A stretch of 64,000 nucleotides of DNA from Lingula anatina (Eukaryota; Animalia; Brachiopoda), in contig CM120641.1 in assembly GCA_051362555.1 (NCBI GenBank), forward strand, positions 23,132,401 to 23,196,400, given 5' to 3'. How positions within the stretch are numbered: position 1 is the stretch's first letter; each line of letters opens with the position of its first letter. A program made the translations under genes and the position numbers. The notes under the pieces are model-generated. The model saw only the letters and a program-made list of their open reading frames with translations, searched no databases and was not told the DNA's origin. Shown here one piece after another: positions 37,986 through 54,974 of the stretch.

Positions 37986-39334
37986 TTTTTAAGGCAATTC
38001 AAGGCAGCATGTTGAATGAAAGTTGCAGTTTTGTCTGTGCTTAATCACGTTGATTTTTTTTCTGATGTTATTGTATTTTTCAGTTGTTCCATGTCATGTC
38101 CTTCCTCCTGGCATTCATGGGATTTGTCTACACCACTCAGGCTGGAATCAAAGGCAGATTGCCAAAAACAGCGTTTTATGCTATAGGTAGGTAATATAAT
38201 AAATTACAAAACTACATTCCAGACTGCACACAAACGAGAACACGAACATATTGATTTGATTTTTAGTGTGCCGTTTTAGTCTAAATTTTAAAATCGATTT
38301 CACACACGATAATTTTGAAAGCATTATTAGAAGTGAAAGCAAAAAGGTATATATCTCTAAGGTTTAAAGCCGTTACGTTTTCCAGCCGACTCTTACCTTA
38401 AACACTACTTTTTTATGTACAGACATATAGCCGTCACTTTCAGTAGTACAACGATAAGTGAAAACCACAGAACTGAACTGATGACTATTCATAAAATACA
38501 GGTCGAGTTCGAAAATCAGCATGATCTTAGTTGATCGTATAAAAATGACAGTAAATTGATAATTGTTTTATGTAAAAAAAAAAGTATTGAAAATGGAAAT
38601 AAAAGTGCAAGTTATACATTTTTGTGAAATTTTCATTTTTCACATATAAGCATTTTCAATGTGGGACTTAAAACTCCCACTAGGCATAAAGCCAAATGGT
38701 AAACAAATTTTCTAGATGTCCTTGTTATTTATAGTAGATATTTGAAAATATGGTAGTTATTATACCATTAATCATTTTGTAATATTGCATATAAAATTGA
38801 CAAAAAAAACTACTTGGTGCAATGCCACCACAAACGTAGTGAAAAGAAAACTGTGTTTCTTATTATTTTTCTAAATTACAAGAATGATTCTTAGGATTGA
38901 AATTCAGCTCAAATTAGAAAACTCTATTAGATTATCATTTTTTATTGAAGTTATGCAATTTTTTGTGCAATTTTCATTTTTCTAATTCTGGCATTTTCAA
39001 AATGTGAACTTGAACTCTCATGGACCTGAAACCTTTTGTAGTTTAACATTTAGCGTACATCGGTATTACATGATGTGCATAATGAAAATTTGATGCCGAA
39101 TTTGAAGTTAAGCATAATGTATTATTGCATCAGAATTGACAATAGCCTAGCTATTTTGTGCATTATTATTTCAGCTTCTTGTCTGTACATTTGACAGCTT
39201 TGCTGCCTTGTTTATTTTCCTTTCATATCCAAGTTGTCAACACGCTACTGATGGGAATTCGAGTCATCATTGAGCTGATGTTTCTTCAGTACAGACCAGA
39301 GCATTATAGAAATTTCGCTGATACTGGAAAATGA
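37422..39334 (+). CDS. Uncharacterised small multi-pass membrane protein (about 128 aa, 3 exons)
   Basis: Exons 37422-37604 (donor gtaagt), 38084-38186, 39234-39334 splice in frame with good polypyrimidine acceptors and give three hydrophobic segments; CpG-rich promoter-like DNA with several acgtca motifs at 37240-37345. No family recognised. Confidence 0.62.
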
Positions 39335-40338
39335 ATTATTTGCATGCAATGCTGGTTAACCATAATGAAGAACATGGCCAACTCATTCAGATGCAGGTTT
39401 CAGAGACAGTAACTTGAAGAAGTGAAATTAACACAAGTTAAAAGGAATCTTCACCGAATACCGGAAATGTGGATGATCAACGATATTTGTAATTTTGTAT
39501 TGTTACTGTACAAGTCAGTTTTTTTACAACGTATCCAGCCTTTACTCTTAAAAATATGGATATGTGAAACATGTAAGTGTCTTAGGATGAAGCAAAACAT
39601 TTTTTTTCCTTTTTTACTGGACATCCATTAATTGATTATAGTAATCAGTTAATTGATTAAATTTATAACAATATTGTAATTAAAAATAACATTGAGGAGT
39701 GTTCCTCGGGTTTATTAATATTTAATACCAATCCCCATGGTACACTCCTTACATATTGCATAAAAGCTATTCAACATAATCATTACCAATTTACTGGTAG
39801 GGAAGGTATGCGTTTGTTCCGTGACAAGACTCAACATTAAACTAGCATTTCACAATAATAACTTGCTTGGATTCAACAAAGTTACTATACATAGTTTGTT
39901 AGCAAATATTTTCAAGGAATAAAATAAATTTATAACAAAAAATGGGACCACCCCCAGCTCAAATGCAATTCCACTACCGTACACTTTTCCCTTCTATCAT
40001 CACCATATGATTTAGCAATATATATACAAAACATATGTACAAATATACATGAGTAAATAGTTCTTTTTATGGATTAAATCCTTGTCTGATGTGAAGTTTT
40101 TACTGTCTGCTAGTTGGAATGTGAATGTTGAAAAAGAAAAAGTTTGTCAAATTTTGGAGATGTCTGGTTTTTTTCTTCTTTTGAAACCTTATTTTGCATT
40201 ATACTCTATCATTTTTTTCTTCTTTTATAATACATTGCTTTGCTGGAAAAAAATCTTTACGGTGACCTGTTAAGAAACTTTCATTTAACGGAATATAAAG
40301 TGCCGATGAAAAAAAATCCAGTCACATAAAATACACAT

Positions 40339-44500
<4,162 letters not shown>

Positions 44501-47500
44501 ATGGATTACTGGAATAAAACGAACTTGAAACCACCACCAACTTGCTGTATAGCCTACAAGAAAGAAGAAATACCGTCTGGTGAGTTAAGCCTTTTGATGT
44601 GCCCACAGTGTTTATGAATTACAAGCATATAGTACATGTATTATACAATTACAAGGCTTTTATCTACACTACAGTACACTTTACAAGGTTTAGTTTGGTA
44701 ATTGTAGCCCTGCTTCACAAAGTTCATATAATTAGGCCTAAGCACTCCCAGTTACATTTCTGTGTACTCTGTTGTGCTCGAGTCTGAGAGATATAGGTAA
44801 AAGTAAGATGAGAATTATTTCAATAGCCAACATAGTTATATTTGGAAAGCTGAAGCACCTCTTATTAATTCAAGATTATACACCAAATTAGAATAATTAA
44901 TTTGAACAACTTGAAGCAGTTTTATAAGAAGATAAAAGTTTGAGAAATATTTAATTGAAACAATTATCATACATTGCAGACACAGTTTCAGTGGCTGAAA
45001 TATTTTAAACTTCACGCATTGTGTGCAGTTAAGTTTTAATGCTTAAGTTTGCTTTTCATTCTCAGGGGAATAAATTCTTTCACTTTCTGTAAACAATACT
45101 TTCAGACTTTGACAAGCTTCTGGATCTGTTGGAGACTGCATTGACTCACTTGTCTGATCAAGATGCCCTGGGTTCTGAGATATTTCTTCTGGGCAGGGTC
45201 AATTACAAAATGAACTGTCAGTTCCGCTATGAAAAAACATTACAGAGAATGAAGCAGGTAATTCAGTATGTCTCATGCCTGATCTTCCACTATTAAACTC
45301 CCCTCCAAACAGGGAAGTTTTTTTTTAAGGATCATGCTAGTATTTATTGTAAATTTTTTTCTCGTGTCTGAGTATAGTTTACTTGTCTGGGCTAAAAAAT
45401 ATAACCTCTTTTTTTTTTATAGATTGTATTGATTTGGTTCATGTAGTTACCTTGCCTACAATTTAGCTTTATCAAAATCATGCTGATATTGCAGTCATGA
45501 TCAGTTATACACTGTATTTCCATTTTTGAATGTATTCTCTGGTTTGGTGATTTATAGGTTGATAAATGTCTCAGTCATTTTCTAAAGCTGAACTTGCATG
45601 GTTGTTTGGACAATGTTGCTCAAAGTTTTCCTAGGTAAGTACGTAGATCCTGACATTTTCATGACTTTCTTCTTTTATTAATTTTTGGGAGTCTTTTATA
45701 AGGTTGCACAACGTTCAGAAAATTGCATAAATTAATGTGACAAAATTAAAGATGCAATGGAAATTAATTTTAAAGAATATTTTGAGCAATAGTTTCTTTA
45801 ATTTTTATCTATAAAACCATTCACTACTATGGACTGTTATGATCAAAACTCCTTAGTTAAAAAGCTGACGAACCAGTAATCTTTCCTTCTTTCTTTTTTA
45901 TCTATTTTTTTTTCTTTAATAACAGATTGGAAGATTTCCAGAGTGATATCCTGCATGTTCCATCAAGACAGATGCTGGAGTATTTACTGGTTCGCCTGCA
46001 GGGGGCAGCACATCTCATGGCACAGACTTTGATATACTGTCAGCAACTAGAGCTGTATCCTTGTTTCTCTTAGCATCACAGGGGCACCTTCAGACAGGTG
46101 GTCATAAATTTGACCTGTCTGACAAAACCAATAATTTTTTTTCCATCCATTTCTCTTGGTGAACTATGTAAATTAATATGTGTAATCATGACTGTATTAA
46201 TTACCAAGATGTTCAATCAAAATGGGCCTGGAAAATGAACTCTAAAGTGGATTTATTCTCAGGTGAAAATTTCTTTTTTCATACCTGTAAACTCCTGAGG
46301 ATTTAATCATCTATAGAGAGGTGATTTAACGTCCATTCAATCATTAATCGGGATGAAATCAACCTTTGAAAACGGGTCTAAAATGTGCCAGTGTTGAGCC
46401 CTGCATTATGTTATTGATATCTTGATGAAATCTATTTCCTAATGCTCCATGCAAAAGTGAAATAGTATATATCGTTGATATATACTTTGTATTGTTTGTT
46501 GATATAGTCCAGTGCTTGAAGTTTTCATCACACTTAGAATTATAATAAGCAACATTGCCACTGTGCTAACCTATATGCTTCTTAACACAGAATTTAGTAA
46601 TATCCTGCAGCATCTTAGAAGTGGATTTTTTATACCTAATAATGTCTTTTTCACTGGATTGGTCTCCAGGATATGGTTTGTAGATTATAACTATGAATAT
46701 TAACAGTTCCTGCATTTTTAATGTACACTGAATAAGCTGCTAATTAATTGATTATATTATTGGTCATTGAAAATTTACACATCAAGAAGAAATATCTACC
46801 TTAGTCTTTTTGGTTTTATCATTTCAACATTCTTTTGTTAGTTAACATAACATTTGGCATCACTACATTTAAACAAACAATTAATACAATGTGCACTGAA
46901 GTCATTTGCTTTGCCTTTTTGCAGATAATTTTAAGAAATATTGTGGACATTCTCGTCCTTATTATTCTTAATGGCATCATTTCAGGATATTGTGCCGGTC
47001 CCTACTCCACCATCTTGTCAAATGGTATGGTGATTTGAGAAGTTGGGTGTCAAAGTTGAAAGGAACTACCACTGAGTGGGTGGGTCTCCCTTGATTACTT
47101 TGTGCTATACAGTAAATATTCAATACTCATTGGCAGCCGTTTAGATGTGAAAACTTTAAGGGTGACTTTCAATCTGTTTTTAAAAAGTAATGAGAGTTGT
47201 GGAGTAAAAAAACCTTTATACCATTTGAAGTTCTTTGAACACAAACCAGTGAAAATTATATTTAGCATGCTTATTTATAGAAAAATTACCATTATATAAT
47301 ACACATACCAAGCTGATTAATCTCTTCACTTCATAGATGTCTCTTGTTTTTAATTTTTTTCTGTATGGCATTCCAGCTTCCAGTTGGAGTCAGTCTTCCT
47401 GATAATTTAGAGCAGCTCATTCATGATCTTCCCCAGTCACTCACTGTGTCAGGAGAGGAAAGGTACCTTTTTTTTAATCAATTTTACATTATGACTAAAT

Positions 47501-49467
47501 TCTGTGTTATCCAGATTTTAAAATAATTTGTAATATATCACGTGGTTAACTTTTACTAAGTATATTTTCAAAATGTATCATATACTCATGCCGCTACTTC
47601 AACACATCACAGGATTTCAGCAACATTAGCACGATTATATTGCCTTTCAGTTTACCAAATATATCATTCTATTATATCATTCAGTGATTCTATTACATAC
47701 AGGCAGTCTGTGTCTTACACAGAGGTCAACACTTGGCAAGTTATTATGGCAATTTTGTTTTGTTTGGCTCTCACAACACCAAATCTAACCTCAAGAAAAT
47801 TAAACAAATCATAGATTATATCATTATATCACAAACACATTTTTTGTAAAATTACTGAAGAAAGGATTGAAACCACTCCACTTATAATCAATTAAATACA
47901 TATGTAACCATTGTGATTTAAGCAATATTTTTTTTATACCAGTGAGGAGAGCACAATGCAAACACCCCAAGCTCCACAACCTGCTAGCTGGCAAGCACTA
48001 GGAGCTGGGGAAGACCTCGGAGGTAAGTGCTCTTTCATTTTTGATCCTTTAGAACACAATTATTTTGGAAATATTGCCCAAAGTTGGTACTCATTGCATG
48101 GCTTAAGGGCTTATTTCTCTTTTTGAAGAGATTTTATCACACATTTGAATATTTGTAGTTTACAACAGCCAAGCAAAACCTACTTGCAAGAATTTTTTTT
48201 TTACAGTGAAGGGGGTTATGGTGATCAGAGTTTACATTTCTTTCTTTCAGAACCACTAAAAGAAGGCAGTTTAATAAAGCAGCTGTTTTTACAACAACAT
48301 GGTGAAAAGGTTTACTCAGATAACATAGAAAATCATAGGGGAACTCTAAAGACAAAAGCAACATCTGCTTTACAGAGGGAAGAGGGCTATTTGACCCTAA
48401 GTGTTGAAGGTAGTGCAAAATTGAAACAAAAAAGGAAATCTTTTGGTGAAAAAGACACCACATTTTATGACAATGATGTGACACCTTCCAAAAGGCTTAA
48501 ATTCAAAAGAGAGAAAATCTCCCCCAAGCTGGCTGTGAGAAAAGATATTAAAATTGACTCTAGTCCTGAGAAAAATTATCATGATGCATTTAAGGAACAA
48601 CAGGGGAAAATTGAGCCTGAAATTAAGGAAATGAACATTTCCACACAAGGCAAATTGGCTGCTTTTAAAAGGAAAAAGAAAGACATCTCTATGCTGCTTA
48701 GACGTTTGAAGTTGAGCAAAAATGAATCAGATCTGAAAGGAATTAAAGATCGTGCCTTGCAGGTTGACTGGTTAGCAAATGGAGTAAAAAAATCACTTAC
48801 AGAACTTCTGGATGACAGTGGGACTGTGCATGGTCAGAAGACATTCGGATCTAGTGCAGAAAAGATACATTCCATTCTCATGAGAGAAATTTCGAAAATA
48901 GCTTCCAAGAAAGCTAAACTTAAAACTAAACAAAAGGTGAACACAAAATCTTATGTCCAAGAGAAAATTACAGATTACACCTCATTTGAGGCTTTTCTTA
49001 AAAGAGAAGGAAGTGTTTCACTGACCTGGGAAGCTAGTCATGCATTTCTATTAGAGAAACTCAAATGCTTTTTTGAGAAAAATAGAGATAAGGACAATAA
49101 AAATTTGATTCCAACTGTACAAGAAAGAGTAGTTGAAATATTACAAATGGGAAGCAAGGAAGCACAGCATGCTGTTGACAAAGCAAATCAGCAAGAGCAG
49201 ATAGACTCCTACCTACAGAAGCATGTCACAGACTATCCTTCATTTGTAACATTTCTGAAATCTCTGCAAGTTGACAAATTGATCCCAGGAGTCATTAGAA
49301 AAAAATTAAAGACTGGTCAGAAAATAGAATTAAAACGGCTCCAGTCAGTTTTCAAGACGCATAAAGGTAAAAAGAAAAAACATGTTCTATCAGTTGTACA
49401 TAAGAGAATAAGAACAGTTTTGCTAGGGAATGGTGAGCAGTTTGAGGAAAAAGAACATAAACTATAA
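44501..49467 (+). CDS. NEPRO: Nucleolus and neural progenitor protein (NEPRO/C3orf17, DUF4477 family) with long Lys-rich C-terminus, 9 exons
   Basis: Exons approx. 44501-44579 (MDYWNKTNLKPP), 45106-45257 (NYKMNCQFRYEKTLQRMKQ), 45559-45634 (VDKCLSHFLKLNL), 45926-46054 (VPSRQMLEYLLVRLQGAAHL), 46598-46675 (HLRSGFFIPNNVFFTGLVSRIW), 46986-47079, 47377-47462, 47943-48022 (EDLGE), 48251-49467. The WN, KQV..CL, VPS, GLVSR.W and EDLGE motifs match NEPRO. Confidence 0.85.
46055..46597 (+). other. U12-type (minor spliceosome) GT-AG intron
   Basis: Donor gtatcctt; branch site ttcttaac at 46579-46586, 11 nt before the AG; no polypyrimidine tract; splicing restores the NEPRO frame. Confidence 0.88.
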
Positions 49468-50025
49468 GGTAGAAAAAGGAAAGAAAAATAAGAAAATATA
49501 TTTAACAATGCAATAACTGCTTGTTCCATAGTAAACATTTAGTAGCTATCTGAGATGTTTCTTAAAATGTACTTTTTGAAATGGAAAAAGTATAATGGTT
49601 TCATGCATTTATTCAAATGAAAAGTGTGCAAATAGACGTGCAAAAAACATTGTTCAAGTCCTATAGTCAGATGTAATCTTAATGACAGATGTACTTGCTA
49701 ATAAATACTTCGTTATTCATTTTTCATCTGCTTCTGTAGTTGAACTAAATGAGAATTTTAACTAGAACCCAGAACATGGGATAAATATTCAACTTTATAC
49801 ATTACATGCAACATTTTAATAAATAGTAAGATTGGTTACATGCACATGCATTAAAATATTTTACTCGGCTCTGAAAAATGTCTCAAACTACACTCTTTTC
49901 TTCCTCTTTAATATCCTTTTACATCTGCCTGGCAAAACAAATTTTAACTTAAAAATTCTTCTTCCCTGAGTACTTAAATACCACTGGACCAAAACATCAC
50001 AAATGAATACACAAATAGCACAATG

Positions 50026-53000
50026 TTACCTATGCCAAAATACACTTAGAAAAGTACTTATGATAAATGTTTCTCTTAACCATATATAGAACTCGTACAA
50101 GTCTATCTTCAATAAGGACATGTGTTGGTGCACTGTTATTCTCACTCTGCACCACCAGGAGGTACATTCTCGTAACTCTTGAGCAGCAATGGCTCGTACG
50201 CAGCACCGTGACATTGTGATGAAAGAACTGGCTTTTGCATGTGTTTTTAAAGAAAATTCTATTCCTCTGAGTAAGTCATTGGTTTTTAAAATAAGCAGCA
50301 TCTCCCTGGGAACTCTGTTCAAAATTGCAGCAATTTCTGTCAGATAGGTGGCAGCATAATTTTTAATTTCATTGTCCTGAAAAAAAAATCAAATGAGAAA
50401 CTAAATGAATTATCACAATTTACATGCATGGTTTGTGATTGATTAAAAGCGACATGACTATCTGTCATCTTTGTTGACATTTCTATTTATTATTAAAAGA
50501 GATTTGAGTGATTATTTAAGTTTCATCATTATACAGTCTATAAAAACCTTGCACAGCAACAATGAAAATTCTTAAAAGATACAAACATTCTCTGTGTAAA
50601 ATTTTAAAAAGCACTGCTTCAAGGACTATGTTAAATTAGCAAAACTACTACAAAATTCCTCACTTCTTCAGTAGAGTAGGAGACCTCTTTAATTCCAGAG
50701 GAAATAGCTGTCCATGACCTGCCAGTCACCACACATGCAAACAGTCCATAGAGGTCACCACAGCCCATCACATCTGCATAGTGCTTCATACCCTCCAGAT
50801 CAGCATCAAGGAGTGAGGTCCATAGGTGACCATAGTTCAGGCGAAAAGAATCTGTCAAGGTCTGAAAGATGGGTGTATAATTTTCAGGAAATAAATGTTG
50901 ATATAGCTTAATATAATACTGTGACTAACTTAAGTATTATGTCAGATATAGAAGTGGTTTCCAATAGGCAAATAACTTACTAGCTAGTTTATTTCTTATA
51001 AACTGAAATTAATTTGAAAATCACAAAAAATGAAAAAGAAATTTAAAAAATCCTGACGTTCCAATAAAATGTGAAATTCCTAGCATTATCGCCAACTTAC
51101 AGTATATAAACCATGGTCCAGCAGAACAATCTGAGGTCCTTTTTCAGTCTGGTTTACCAGCACATTGCCAGGATGAGGATCACAGTGGACATAACCTTGG
51201 ACAAAAATCATCTCACTGTACAATTCACCAAGCTGGCGGGACACCTGTAATAACCATTTGTGCTATAACAAACAACATCTCAAGGTACAGTCAACTACAG
51301 GAGTAAGACATTATTTGTCTAAGAGACAAATGCAACCAATTTGTTTCTCACAAACTCCCACACAACTTGGAGGTAAAGTAATTGTAAGTACTTTATCTAA
51401 ACGATATTTAAACACTTACATAAAATTATGCAAATGAAGGCAATCAGCACTACATGAACTGTGACAGGGTTCAAAATAATTCCTGTAGTTTCAGAGTATC
51501 TGAGTACTTGCCTCATTGACAGAGATGCCATGTTCTGTCATGTATTGTTTATCATCCACCTGTCCTCCCTCACAGAACTCCATGGTCAATACACGCTCAC
51601 TAGACAAATCCCAATATATTTTTGGAACCTACAATTGCAGTATGGAGAATTAAAAAATTACTTTTCCATGGGAAGTTTATCATACATGGTACCTGCATGT
51701 ATACTAAAAAATCAGATGACAGAACTTTTCTTGCATACCCATATTGAAACTCTAAAAAGTGGATTATAGAGTAGCTGAAATTCTGATACTGTTATGAATA
51801 CTTTAAGCAGAAACAATGTTGATTTCAAAAATCATAAAGTAGAGTGTAGTTACCCCATGTCAAACATTACCTTTAGAAATTTGAACTTTGCAAATATTCT
51901 GGCCATTCTCTCACAGTTGTGCCCTTCATGAAGGAAGTCAAGCTCTTTTGGCAGGTTCTTTTTCATTTCTTCAGCTAACCACAAGAATTTGAACTCTGGG
52001 AATAGCCATGCAATACAGTGAACTAGGAGCTGAAGTAAAAGAAGACAGGAGATGTCCAGTATTTTTTCTTTCCTTGTTTCTTTCTTTTTTTAGCACTCTA
52101 ACATATGATAATACCTGTAGATGTACTATAATCTACTACATGTACATATTGAAAGACTCAATGTTTTAATGTATCCATCCACCCTATCTTCCTATTTTTT
52201 CAAAATTATAAAAATAAATCAGTTAAAAGGAAATGTTAACTGTAAATTTTGCCTCTGGGGTGCAGGCTCCAAAGTATATACCTCCATAGATTTCATGTCC
52301 ACATATGAGTGACCTTTGACCTTAGGATGTTGCACCTTGACAGCCACCACAGTACCATCCTGTAGTGTGGCTTTGTGCACCTGAGCCAGGGAGGCTGCTC
52401 CCAGGGGGTGGGGATCAAAGCTGGCAAATAGTTCGGAGGACTAAAGAGGATAAATGATACCAAAATGGTGACACTAAAGCTTTTTTTAAATGCATTTATA
52501 TCCAGGAATGATCAAAATGACACCAAAAGCTACTAAGGTCTATTCTCTAATTTCTACAGTGACACACTGTGGGTTAAAGGTTATCAAATTAATGTCAATA
52601 TTGCAAATTGTATTTTAAATTTTCACTTTCCCAAACTGCTTTGAAGTAAATGCTCTTCTGGTACAATTTTTTTAAAAATAAAAATTCCAATTCATCCATT
52701 TCTACTCACATCTGTTCCTAAATCCTCTTTTATAACTTTATATAAATCTTGAATGTCAGACTCTGGTGCTTTACTGTGTAAAACTTTCATGGTCTCTACA
52801 TACTCCTGTGGAAGCAGATAGTCTAAAGCTCCCACATGCTGCCCCACTTTGATAAAACAGCCACCGTTGGCACAACACATGTCCCTCAGGCGTAAGGCAG
52901 AGCGCAGGTGAACCTAATTACACAAAATCATACACTAAATTACATTATCAGAATATAACATAATATAATTATGTGAAACATGACTATAACAAGAGATGGT

Positions 53001-53824
53001 GCTATTCTTTTTTTAAAGTGCTCATTTAAATTCTGTGTATATATTATGCTTGTTGAAACAAGTTCTCAATCTCACTAGTAAAAAGCCAGTCATCAATATT
53101 TCAAAATTGCCCCAGTTCCCTTATTGGTGTATATTCTCCTGCCTTGTTCTAAATTATCCTTGTCCCTTGTATTTTGACCTGTGACTACCATCGTGAATTT
53201 TGCAAGATTTTCTGATGTGTTGCATTTCTCAAATCAATAATATGTGAGCAATTTTAATCTGTGCTTCCGAAACAATTTTAAATCAAGCAATTTTAGTGTA
53301 AATAACCTGTTATAAACCCTTGTTGGCCCGAGTGAAACCAAGTGATTAATTTTACCTTCTGTAAAAACTTCACAAATGTGAATTCTGAATATCAACAATA
53401 TCATTAATCACATCTTATACAACTAAAATCTACAATCACTCACATCTGACTTTATTTTTTTATACTCTTCAGTACTAGAATCTTGACCTTGAAGACTAAG
53501 TTTATAGTCTAATGCTACGCGGGCTATCTGAAAAGTATCAAATACATACCATTTTAACAGCAGCTAAATCACTTTAAAATAAGTTATTAGTAGCAATGAA
53601 TTAAGGCACTTAAAAAATGCATTTTGAATATAATTGGATATACTAGCTCATATCATACAGTACATTAGAAATTATTTCAATATAATACTTACTGTCAGTG
53701 CTGCCCTTCCAAACCTGACAGCTCCAAGAGTTGACACTTCCCATTCATTTTTATACAGAAAATATGCACTGCCTGCGAGTGCCCCTGCTCCAAAACTGTA
53801 TTTCAGGAGTCTTTTCAACATCAT
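50026..53824 (-). CDS. ADCK1: AarF domain-containing kinase 1 (UbiB/ABC1 atypical kinase)
   Basis: Exons approx. 53693-53824 ([14 protein letters not shown]), 53445-53527, 52710-52913 ([24 protein letters not shown]), 52282-52440 ([17 protein letters not shown]), 51871-52029 ([11 protein letters not shown]), 51512-51628, 51101-51244 ([15 protein letters not shown]), 50664-50861, 50026-50376. A possible upstream exon ending at 54715 adds in-frame MVLT (ATG at 54726). Confidence 0.95.
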
Positions 53825-54726
53825 CTGGAGATATTGATAAAAAATTTGACTTAGTTCCATGTTGTAATCATAAGCAAAGGAACATGACAGAAAGCGCTAG
53901 AGGGTAGTTTCATGACAACTCTGAGCAGCAGAGTCCTCGTTTGGCACCCAGGTGTTTCTGCTGTGTTTCCATTTGACAGAGGTATTTAGGACTGATTCTG
54001 GGAATTTCATACAATGGAATTTACAAATGAACACTGGCATGATATAGCTTGGGAAATTAAAGGTAGGTGTACCAAGTTCGAGGGTGATGCTTTGCATGCT
54101 TCTATTCTATTTGGAATTTATCATTTATTTTCTGGGGTTCTCTATCACAAGTTTAACTTATTTTATTATTATCTACATGGAGATAGATATTTATTTAAAA
54201 ATACTTAACCTATTTTGATTTTTTCACTATGGAAGACTAGTATAGTATAGTATCATTTGGTCATATATTTATTATTATTGTTTTATTATTATTTATTACT
54301 ATTATTTCTTACTATACTAAGTTGGTTAAACCAATCAAGGTGACAGTGCTTCAAATACCACAATAGCTTATTTACTACAGTACGGTTTACACTACTGTTT
54401 ATGACATGTAGTTGCAAAGAATTAAGATGGCACAATAGTTTTTTTTTTTTCAAGCGTTAAACTTAACGTAGCTATGTTATATATACGCCTACTATTACAG
54501 GTACTACTAGTACGACTACCCTACGGCAACACTCGTGACAAATGTCTTGTGGACTAACAAAGTACAGTAAAGTTACGAAACAAGATTATGTACATAATCA
54601 AGATTTGGGTCCGGGGTGCTAACTAAATGTTATTTAACTCGGAGCTTCCCTGAAACATTCTTATCCTCAAAGTTCCCAAAACTTCATTTGTTAAAAGTTT
54701 GTTGTGTTACATACCGTTAATACCAT

Positions 54727-54974
54727 ACGATGAAAAGTCGGTTCCTAGCGGACGATTCTTCACGACACTTCCGGCGACCACAGATGCATGATGGGTTAAA
54801 CATTTTAATAGCATTAATTGTGTTATTTATTTTGCTAAAATAAAAAAAAAACTTTCAAATTTTACGTAATCATGTGTATTCGAATGTATAATAAACAACT
54901 TTAGTAAATATGATGTCTACAAAAGAGAGTCACGTAACGTCTCGCTCTAAGACGAAGAACGACAGACAAGAGAC
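54727..54974. promoter_or_regulatory. Bidirectional promoter ADCK1 / SNW1
   Basis: About 250 bp between the first exons; ETS acttccgg at 54767; ZNF143/Staf-like acccatcatgca (minus, 54785-54796); local CpG enrichment. Confidence 0.6.

Noticed and set aside
48145-48250. 440-aa standalone intronless gene
   Set aside because: The start is a TTG in intronic sequence; the acceptor at 48250 joins it in frame to upstream NEPRO exons.
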